A stretch of DNA of 63,847 nt, filler included, from Reticulomyxa filosa (lineage: Eukaryota; Protista; Foraminifera), in the NCBI GenBank assembly GCA_000512085.1. It is 22 parts of 22 records of this genome, joined end to end, with 100 filler letters (N's around TTAATTAATTAA, not from the genome) between each part and the next. Parts side by side here need not be neighbours in the genome. Positions count along the whole stretch, not along the records: positions 1 to 4,180 come from ASPP01044832.1; positions 4,281 to 9,077 come from ASPP01009726.1; 20 more parts are not named here. One strand, written 5' to 3'. Shown one piece after another: positions 1 through 8,962 of the stretch; positions within the stretch are counted from its first letter, which is position 1; each line of letters opens with the position of its first letter. A program made the position numbers and the translations under genes. Below the pieces are notes generated by a model. The model worked only from the letters and a program-made list of their open reading frames with translations, did no database searches and was not told the DNA's origin.

Positions 1-2
1 AT

Positions 3-2030
3 GGAAACAGAATTGTATCTGGTTCATGGGATACAACCATTCGACTGTGGGATTCATCTTCAGGAAAGCTAATTCGATCATTGAAAAGTTATTCAGCTGT
101 TGTTTTGTCTGTTCAATTTTCACCTGATGGAAACAGAATTATATCTAGTCTAAGTGATAATACCATTCGATTATGGGATTCATCATCAAAAGAATTAATT
201 CAATCATTGGAAAGTCATTCAGATGATGTCAGATCTGTTCACTTTTCACCAGATGGAAACAGAATTGTATCTGGCTCAGTTGATAAAACCATTCGATTAT
301 GGGATGCATCATCAGGAAAACTAATCCAATCATTAGAAGGTCATTTAGGTTGGGTTAATTCTGTTCAATTTTCACCTGATGGAAATAAAATTGTATCTGG
401 TTCACGGGTAAACACCATTCCATTGTGGAATGCATCATCAGGAGAATTAATTCAATCATTTGAAGGTCATTCAGGTGGTGTTTTTTCTGTTCAGTTTTCA
501 CCTGATGGAAACAGAATTGTATCTGGTTCAGCTGATGCTACCATTCGATTGTGGGATGCATCATCAGGAAGACTTATTCGATCATTGAATAATAGTTATT
601 ACAGCGTTTACTCTGTTCAATTTTCACCTGATGGAAACAAAATTGTATCTGGCTCAGATGATAAAACCATTCGGTTATGGGATGCAACATCAGGAAAACT
701 AATTCGAACATTTGAAAGTCATTCAAATGACGTTTGGTCTGTTCAATTTTCACCTGATGGAAACAAAATTGTATCTAGTTCAACTGACAAAACCATTCGA
801 TTATGGGATGTAACATCAGGAAAACTAATTCAATCATTGGAAGGCCATTTAGGTGGTGTTAACTCTGTTCAATTTTCACCTGATGGAAACAGAATTGTAT
901 CTGGTTCAGATGATAAAACTATTCGATTATGGGATGCATCATCAGGAAAGCTAATTCGATCATTGGAAGGTCTTCCAGATATCGTTTGCTCTGTTCAATT
1001 TTCACCTGATGGAAACAGAATCGTATCTGGTTCTGCTGATAAAACCATTCAATTATGGGATGCAACTTCAGGAAAGCTAATTTTATCATTGGAAGGTCAT
1101 CCAGATATCGTTTGCTCTGTTCAATTTTCACCTGATGGAAACAAAATCGTATCTGGTTCAGCTGATAAAACCATTCGATTGTGGGATGCAACATCAGGAA
1201 AACTAATCCAATCATTGGAAGGTCATTCAGAGCGCGTTAACTCTGTTCAGTTTTCACCTGATGGAAACAGAATTGTATCTGGTTCATGGGATACAACCAT
1301 TCGATTGTGGGATGCATCATCAGGAAAGCTAATTCAATCATTGGAAGGCCATTTAGGTAGTATTCTGTCCGTTGAATTTTCACCTGATGGACATAAAATT
1401 GTATCTGGTTCAGATGATACAACCATTCGATTATGGGATGTGTCAGCAGGAACACTAATTCGAACATTGGAAGGTCATTCAAAGGGTGTTAATTCTGTTC
1501 AATTTTCACATGATGGAAACAGAGTTGTATCTGGTTCAGCTGATAACACCATTAGATTGTGGGATGTAACATCAGGAAAACTAATTCAATCATTGGAAGG
1601 CCATTCAGATAGTGTTAAGTCTGTTCAATTTTCACCTGATGGAAATAAAATTGTATCTGGTTCAGAGGATAAGACCATTCGATTATGGGATGCAACATCA
1701 GGAAAGCTAATTCAATCATTGGAAGGTCATTCAAATAGTGTTAACTCTGTTCAATTTTCACCTGATGGAAACAGAATTGTATCTGGTTCAGAGGATAAAA
1801 TCATTCGGTTGTGGGATGTAACATCAGGAAAACTAATTCAATCATTGAAAGGTCATTTAAGTAGTGTTAACTCTGTTCAATTTTCACCTGATGGAAACAG
1901 AATTGTATCTGGTTCAGAGGATAACACCATTCGATTGTGGGATTCGTCATCAGGAAAATTAGTTCAATTATCGGATAGTCATTCAGGTAATGCTTTATCT
2001 GTGCAATTTTTATCTGATGGCAACAGAACT
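3..2030 (+). repeat. 126-bp tandem coding repeat (WD40 units)
   Basis: ctgttcaattttcacctgatggaaacagaattgtatctggttca recurs with a 126-nt period. Corresponding positions of two adjacent units fall at 961 and 1087. Confidence 0.95.
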
Positions 2031-2267
2031 GTGTCTGATTTGAACAATGTTGCGAACAAATTTGAGAATTTTAATAATTTAAGTTTGGATCGTTTTTCAG
2101 AAGATAGAAAATCTATGCAAAAGGAAAAGATCTCTTTGTGGAAATGCATTTGGCGAGGTGGTGTTGGAGGATTTGGTTTGTCATTGAAGGGAAGTATATG
2201 GAAAGATACTAACGGTATAACTGCATGGCAGCTGTCTCTTATTGAACATTATGGTGGAACTTTTTGA
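3..2267 (+). CDS. WD40-repeat protein with highly conserved internal repeats (HET-E/NWD-type sensor region), 5'-truncated
   Basis: The frame is open from position 3 (GNRIVSGSWDTTIRLWD...), so the ORF-track start at 81 is not the real start. About 16 complete 42-aa units of EGHxxxVxSVQFSPDGNRIVSGSxDxTIRLWDASSGKLIQSL plus one partial unit. No introns. Stop is TGA at 2265-2267. Confidence 0.93.
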   Translation, partial: GNRIVSGSWDTTIRLWDSSSGKLIRSLKSYSAVVLSVQFSPDGNRIISSLSDNTIRLWDSSSKELIQSLESHSDDVRSVHFSPDGNRIVSGSVDKTIRLWDASSGKLIQSLEGHLGWVNSVQFSPDGNKIVSGSRVNTIPLWNASSGELIQSFEGHSGGVFSVQFSPDGNRIVSGSADATIRLWDASSGRLIRSLNNSYYSVYSVQFSPDGNKIVSGSDDKTIRLWDATSGKLIRTFESHSNDVWSVQFSPDGNKIVSSSTDKTIRLWDVTSGKLIQSLEGHLGGVNSVQFSPDGNRIVSGSDDKTIRLWDASSGKLIRSLEGLPDIVCSVQFSPDGNRIVSGSADKTIQLWDATSGKLILSLEGHPDIVCSVQFSPDGNKIVSGSADKTIRLWDATSGKLIQSLEGHSERVNSVQFSPDGNRIVSGSWDTTIRLWDASSGKLIQSLEGHLGSILSVEFSPDGHKIVSGSDDTTIRLWDVSAGTLIRTLEGHSKGVNSVQFSHDGNRVVSGSADNTIRLWDVTSGKLIQSLEGHSDSVKSVQFSPDGNKIVSGSEDKTIRLWDATSGKLIQSLEGHSNSVNSVQFSPDGNRIVSGSEDKIIRLWDVTSGKLIQSLKGHLSSVNSVQFSPDGNRIVSGSEDNTIRLWDSSSGKLVQLSDSHSGNALSVQFLSDGNRTVSDLNNVANKFENFNNLSLDRFSEDRKSMQKEKISLWKCIWRGGVGGFGLSLKGSIWKDTNGITAWQLSLIEHYGGTF

Positions 2268-3822
2268 AATGGTTGTTTGAGAGTTTTTTTGTAAATATTC
2301 ATGTGTTGTTATTTTGAATGACAGCCTTTTGCTTATGCATTTGATTTGAAATGATTACTAAGAAGTATTCAAGAAAACTTTTCGTGCATACATTGCAAAA
2401 AAATTACAAATAATTTTCTCGCGCATGCATTTTATTTTTTTATGCCAGCGTAAAATTGACATTTATGTTAATTTTATTTTGTTTTGTGCACTTTAAAAAC
2501 AATCTGACAAAAGAGCATCAGTTCAAGTAAAAAGAACAGATGATAATGCAATGCTTGTTTTATTATTTATTATTAAATTATTCTTTTTTTTACAGATTAA
2601 TAAATTACAAATTTTGTTCTCAAGTGCTTTCAAAAATAAACTTTATTTGACAGTTTTTTGTCCCCATATCTTGCAGTAAAGATAAATAAAACGTAGTTTT
2701 TTGAAGAAATAAAATTATACTTTTCTCTAAACGCAATTAAATAAGAACAAAACCAAAACAAGAAAGGTATCATTTTGAATAAAGAATAAAACTACAAAAA
2801 TTTCAATTGTTGGATTGAAGTCATATTGCTTTGACACAACAAAATACAAAAATTGTCTATACTGTTTCTCTTGTATAGTAAATTCTGTGTATCATGATTA
2901 AATTCTCTATTCCAATTTGATTAGAAAAAAAAGAATAATCTTTTTAATCAATGAGAATTTTAAAAAGATTTCTTTTTTCTTACGATAGAGATTATTCAGC
3001 GAGTTTTTGGATTACAATTTGCCGTTAATTATTTTAATTTATTATGATACGTTTTATCATTGATATTTACAATGCGATAAATACAAATAGATACAATAGA
3101 ATGCAAAGTAAAGTTGAACCTAAAACAGCATCTTATAGAATTTTCAAAAAACTCAAATATTAAACTACATTGACCTAAAAAAAAAAGAAAGAAAATAAAG
3201 GATAAAATATTGAAACAAGAATATATTTGCTTTGTAAAATTTCGATAATACTTTAATTTTATTGATCCGTTCAAAGCTTACTGTCAATCTTCAAACTCAA
3301 TTTTGAACAATTATTTGCAATGATTCACTATTAGTTTAAGTAGAATTTTTATAAACAATTACAAAAATACAATTTCATTCTTTTCAAAATGCTTACTTTG
3401 TTGTCTGCATTTCAAATTTATTAACACTTTTTAATTTATCCGATTTTAACAAACTTTTCTTAAATCTATCATTGTAGTCTTTAAAAAGGCTCAATATTTC
3501 AAGTTTTAAAATATATTTCGTGTTCTTTGAAATAGAAAAAATGTATATCATGAATTACTACAAAGACATTTGTGTTCGATTCTATACAAAAAACACAGAA
3601 TTTAAAATATCATACAATTTATTTTAATATTTTATTTGTTATGCTTTTAAATTCTTTGAAAAATATTGAATGCAGTTTTTTCAATTTTTTTAAACAACAA
3701 AGCAAAATAGAAAACATCTTTCAATGCTTGCATTCAAATCAAAAAGTTTAATATCATATTACTTTTCTTTTAATCAAACCTTTCACAAAAACACTTTCAT
3801 TTCTTATTCAGCAAAAAGTAAA

Positions 3823-4180
3823 TTATCCCCAAATACGAATGAGACCTTCGCATAAACCATAACACACATTCCAATCATATATAACATTCTTTGTCTTGTC
3901 TTTCTTTTTCAATCCAATACATTTAAGACAAGTTATTCCATTATCTTCATTCTTATCTCCATTGATAATATACAATTGATTCTTATTTGATCGAATATCC
4001 CAAAAACGAATTGTATTATCCAATGATCCAGAACATATCACATTTGAATTACCAATACTATTCTTTATTACAAATGGTGAATATTCAACAGACAATACAG
4101 TATTTGTATGTCCATTGAACACTTGAATTTGTTCACCAGATCGAATATCCCACAAACGAACACTGCCATCATCTGATCCA
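3823..4180 (-). CDS. C-terminal part of a lineage-expanded WD40 protein (second WD40 family)
   Basis: GSDDGSVRLWDIRSGEQIQVFNGHTNTVLSVEYSPF...SNVICSGSLDNTIRFWDIRSNK...CYG...IRIWG*. Cut by the contig end. Paralogous to 20479-21035 and 46839-47706. Confidence 0.85.
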
Positions 4181-4280
4181 NNNNNNNNNNNNNNNNNNNN
4201 NNNNNNNNNNNNNNNNNNNNNNNNTTAATTAATTAANNNNNNNNNNNNNNNNNNNNNNNNNNNNNNNNNNNNNNNNNNNN
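4181..4280. other. Artificial contig-joining spacer N44-TTAATTAATTAA-N44 (first of 21)
   Basis: Identical 100-bp spacers start at 4181, 9078, 11089, 14002, 17823, 20379, 23386, 25562, 26662, 28392, 29599, 34686, 35951, 38039, 39860, 49561, 52555, 55431, 58239, 59945 and 61728. The palindromic core places stops in all six frames. Confidence 0.98.
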
Positions 4281-4291
4281 TTTTTTTTTTG

Positions 4292-4326
<35 letters not shown>

Positions 4327-4330
4327 AAAC

Positions 4331-5405
4331 AGTTTGAGCATATTGAGTTCGCCTTCAGCCATTGCTTTGTAATTGCTATATTGCTCATTCACCTCTTGCA
4401 ACAAGACCTTGGAAGCTGTTTCGCGTTGGAAGGTCATTTCTTTAATCGTGTCAATTTCTTTTTGCAAATGCTCGGACGTCTCATTTGTGCATTTGTTCCC
4501 TCTCTTCAGTTCGTTCAATTGGTGTTGCAACCACTGATGCGACTTGCTGTCCTCGGTCATTGCCTTCAGGCGATGAATCTCCGCGTTCAACGCCACCACC
4601 TCGATCTCGTGTCCCTTTTTCACACGTCTCAATTCGACGTGGTGTTGCGCGCGTAGTTCGTCCATCTGCTGCCATTTGTCGTCACAGTGTTGAACACAGT
4701 AAAGTCGCAGAGGTAAGCTTTACAAGTTCTTTTTTTGTTTTTGTTTGTTTGTTTGTTTGTTTGTTTTTTCCCTCTCACAAAACTTGTTTTTTCCATGTGC
4801 CGTCATCCATTTTCTCTGAAGAGGTTGAACGATTAGATTTTGTTGATTGTAGATCGGAGGAGGAGGAAGAAGAGGAAGAAGAGGCTGTCTTCATTGCTTC
4901 ACTTATTCCATTTTGCAATTGTTGCATTTCTCGATTGTATTGCTCCATTTTACTCTTTTCTTTATTCATTTCTTTTGTATCCCATTTTTGTTCTGACAAT
5001 TGCAATTCATAGCTTGCCACTTTTTTTTGCAATTCCACCAATTCACCATTGTCCAGTTCTTTCATTATTGCTATTTCCTCTTCCAATTGTTTTATTTTTT
5101 CTTCTTTCTCTTTGCATTTACTTTTCGCTTCGGCTGTTCCCATTTTCATATCATACTTTTTTTTTTTTTTAAACCCTCTCATACTCTTATTATGTTTTGC
5201 ACCAAAAAAAAACTATCACGTGACGTATACTAAAAATTTCACTTTTTTTTTTTTTTTTGAGCTGACCCAAGTCTTTTGTCAATGTTTCAATTTGAGACGA
5301 CGCTGCAAACAAGTTCAGTTTTAGTTGCTCGTTTTCATTTTGTAAGACAAATGCCTCCTTGGCAGATCTTTCTGCTGATCTCCAACTCTCCTCAGTAACT
5401 GCCAT
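4331..5405 (-). CDS. Multi-exon coiled-coil protein, 3'-truncated
   Basis: ATG at 5405 (MAVTEESWRSAERSAKEAFVLQNENEQLK). Further E/K/Q-rich heptad exons at about 4780-5155 and 4331-4700, separated by homopolymer-rich introns. Confidence 0.6.
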
Positions 5406-5639
5406 GATCGTTCCTGACAACGCAAGAGAAAAAAAGCAACAAAAAAAAAAAACTTGAGACTTTCTTTTACAACTGACAAAGTCCAAGGTTAAAAAAGATA
5501 AGTGTTCTGGTCCTTTTTAATTATGTATCTCTCGCTTTTATTTTTGGAGACGAAGCTTAAAGACACCACCAATTAAAAATGTGGCAACCGGAAGGGGTCA
5601 AAAGGGGTAGGTAATCATTAGAATAATAATAAATAAAAA

Positions 5640-6728
5640 ATGAATACAGATGAAGAGAAATCAAATATTACAAAATTTTCCATGTCCTTTCGTTCAACGC
5701 CAGAGAAAAAAAAAGTGTTGCCCGTGTTTCAGCGAGCCTTGGCGGAATTGGAGACCGAGGGTTTGACGTCGAAGGAAACACGCACAAGCACAGAGAGAAA
5801 AGAGGAAGAAGAAAAGGACAAAGACAAGCTCGAGTGTTGTTTGAAACGTTGTGAAGACTACTACTCGAAAGCAGAAGAGAGAGCGATGAACGGCGATTAT
5901 GCGGGATCATTGCGACAGTTTGACCTAAGTATACGTTTTTGGGGGACATACTTGCAATCCGTGGAATCGCAAATGAGCGTGAAAGCGAAGAAGCAAATGG
6001 AAGATGAGAATAGAGAAGAAGGAGAAGAGATAGAGGGAAGGGATGAAGCAGTGGATATGGAAGACAGAATCATACGTGAGATATCAGAAATGGAGAAGAT
6101 AAAAGAGCACAAGAAATTGGGAGCAAAGATCTTTGAAGCCCAAGCACAAGTGCTGTTGGAAATGGAAAGAGATTTCGATGCCATTGTTTGCTGCAAAGAA
6201 GCAATTGCATGCAATCCGAGATGGAGCATCGCGTATCTCACACTCAGTCGAGCGGAAATGAACTTTGGGGATGCCACGACGGCATTGGAAAGCGCGAAGA
6301 AAGCCTTCCAATTGGACTCGTCCAATGCAGAAATTGTCGAGCATTTGGATCTGGTCCAACAGACTGTCACCAAGGTCGACCGCACTGTCCGTGTCACCGG
6401 CCTGTCGGCTGATCGCAAGTACATGCGCACTGTGAGAGTCGACGAGGCCATTGCACAGGGACAGCACAAACAGGGATATCAGTTCTTCCAAAATGATTGT
6501 GAAAAGGTTAGAAAGAGATTGAAAAAAAGAGAATTGAGTGCTATGCTTGACCAAATCGGTGGCAAACTCGAACGCTTGTCTTTGGACATTAATAAAAAAA
6601 TCGTTCATTCCAAACACAATACCACTGCCACTACTACTAATACTACTAGTACTAATACTACTAGTACTACTGCCACTCCGGGCTCTTCTCAATTCAAACG
6701 ATTTGGGGTTTTGGAAGATCTTACATAA
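5640..6728 (+). CDS. TPR-repeat protein, TTC33-like
   Basis: 362-aa ORF with TPR helices (IFEAQAQVLLEMERDFDAIVCCKEAIACNPRWSIAYLTLSRAEMNFGDATTALESAKKAFQLDSSNAEI), resembling TTC33. Confidence 0.75.
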   Translation: MNTDEEKSNITKFSMSFRSTPEKKKVLPVFQRALAELETEGLTSKETRTSTERKEEEEKDKDKLECCLKRCEDYYSKAEERAMNGDYAGSLRQFDLSIRFWGTYLQSVESQMSVKAKKQMEDENREEGEEIEGRDEAVDMEDRIIREISEMEKIKEHKKLGAKIFEAQAQVLLEMERDFDAIVCCKEAIACNPRWSIAYLTLSRAEMNFGDATTALESAKKAFQLDSSNAEIVEHLDLVQQTVTKVDRTVRVTGLSADRKYMRTVRVDEAIAQGQHKQGYQFFQNDCEKVRKRLKKRELSAMLDQIGGKLERLSLDINKKIVHSKHNTTATTTNTTSTNTTSTTATPGSSQFKRFGVLEDLT

Positions 6729-7154
6729 TACTCTTCATCCATACTACCTTATTTTATTTTTTTTTTTTTTTACTCTCTTACTGCTATGCTAGCTTCTCTG
6801 TCTTTTCGATACCTGTTCCCGATAAAAGTACTATTTACTGATTGCCAATTTTCAACTTTAACTTTTGTTAGTGATCACTTATTCTCTTTTTATAACTGTT
6901 TCAAGAGTTTTTTTGTATGACTACAACACTTATCCATCAGAGATTTAAAAGACCTGCTCTGTTTTTCACAATTTATCGAAGATAATCTTAGAAACAATTC
7001 AGTAGCGCCTGGTCTTCAGACGGATAACAAATGTACACACCTAAACGCACCTTTTTTTACAATGGGAACCAGATCTCGAACAAATCTTTTTTAGGATAAG
7101 TTAAAAAAACCTTGCTTGTTTAGGTTGTAAAAAAAAAGGAAAAACGAGTGAATA

Positions 7155-8962
7155 ATGTCATTGGGGCGCCCAAGAGCTCATTCAGATCTCCTAGAAGGCT
7201 GGAATAGGGAGTTGGAAGACTATGGACAGCCGTATTATGTAGAGAAGTCTACCGGGCGAATTCAAAAAGAAAAACCAAGGGTTAATGAATGAATGCATAT
7301 AGCGAGAAGGGACACACATACATACACACAGAAGCAGGAAGCAGAGCAACAGTAATCAAATTCCAAACAACATAGGCGACCACTGAAAATTTTGAACCAC
7401 CAGAGGCTTCGTCATTTAACACATTCATTGACCCAGTTTGAAAAAAAATGTGCATGATGTCCCCCCCCTCTCCTCCCTTAACAAAAAACTTTTTTGTATT
7501 TATGTGTACATGTGGGGGGGGGGGGGGGGGGAATTGTCCATTTGGAAAGGACCAATGGGACATAGTGATCGACACGATGGCAGCCTCAATCCATCCAGAG
7601 CAGCAGCTGAAAGTGTTTACGAAGTTGCGAAAAATAGCGGAAAAAATGTTGCAAAAAGACGACAAATATCGTATTTTGTATGTGAATAATCCACAACTGC
7701 AAAAGTCACTGCTCGTGTTTGACGGAGGATTGGAATTTCTGTACAACCTGGGCTACGCACCTACGCGCGAAAACAAGCAGAAGTTGGTATGTGAGTATCC
7801 CAACGCGCGCGTCATTAACGCTTGCTTGCTCTGTTTGACAGACAAAATCGACAGTTTACGTAACGAGCCCACTCCCGTCCCTCCTCGCTTTACCTCCGCC
7901 GCCACTTCATATACTCCCGATAAACACTCCAATTTAGAAGATTCGCCTGACGCCGCGCTCGACGTTGCAAAGCTGCCATTTCTACCAGACGATCAAGTTT
8001 ATCATACAAACTTAAAACATATATGTATATACATATATACATATATATGTACATATATATATATATATATATTTGTATGTATATATGTATGTGCATTGCA
8101 ATACGAAAGGATGACGAGGGATTGAGCAATGGTAACAAGTCCAAAGATAAATTAACACATACGAATAAGAGACTGGCCACAGAGTCCAAAACGACTCACA
8201 AAAGTAACGGCGAAGCAGGTGGCAATGGATATCAGGCTTCTTCGTCGATTGCGATAGCGAATCGCAATGGCAAGGCGTCCAACGTGCCGGTCCATCAGTC
8301 GGCCAGTATGCCGCAGTTCTTCCACGCCCCTGTTCATTTGCAATCGCAAAACAAAGTCCCGTATTCCAAGCCCAAGACCTCTGACATGGTCATGTCGATG
8401 CCAGAGCGAAGTACTACTGTCAGATCCCTCGTCATTTCTTCAGAAGAGTGTGTTTCCTTTTTTTTTTTTTTTTCCCCTCTATTTTTTTAATGTGTATGTA
8501 CAATGTTGGAACATTACGAACAAGAAATAACAATAATGATAATAATAATAATAATAATAAAAGTGAAATAACGACAAAGTCATCACTGATCCAAAATCAC
8601 AATGAAAGCCAAAGAAAACATGTGCTATGGAAAGTGATAATATTGATTCGACATGGCAACAGTTATTGGAACAGTCAAAAAAATGACGGGAGCAGTCTTA
8701 AAAAATGGACGGCTGTCGGACGAGGGCTTATCGAAATGATCGGCGGTAGTAAGAGTCACACTGACTCGGTCGTTGTCGACGCGCCTCTATCAAAGAACGG
8801 CATTGACGAGGCTTTTGGCTTGTCCAAGTTTTTGTCCAGACACGTTTATGCACGACGGTTTCAACACAATCAATTCCTAACCAAACTGCAGAAGCTGTCC
8901 AGTCCTGTCAAAGACTCTGTTCGATTGATGCAAACTCAATTTTTTGACGATGTTAGATACAA
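7155..8962 (+). CDS. Multi-exon protein with WW-like, PUB and histidine phosphatase (PGAM-like) domains, 3'-truncated
   Basis: Exon 7155-7280: LLEGWNRELEDYGQPYYVEKSTGRIQKEKP (WW-like). Exon about 7550-7996: KLRKIAEKMLQKDDKYRILYVNNPQLQKSLLVFDGGLEFLYNLGY (PUB). Exon about 8563-8962: KVIILIRHGNSYWN...DAPLSKNGIDEA (RHG motif). Joinable by GT-AG introns. Confidence 0.7.

Noticed and set aside
919-1482. Antisense ORFs over the WD40 array, and most other short ORFs in the track
   Set aside because: They are shadows of real coding strands or translations of poly-T, poly-A and microsatellite introns (poly-F, poly-K, YI repeats).
3-2030. 126-bp periodic array as a CRISPR array or diversity-generating retroelement target
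   Set aside because: It is an in-frame protein-coding repeat with no unique spacers. No cas or reverse transcriptase gene is in view, and variation is not adenine-specific.
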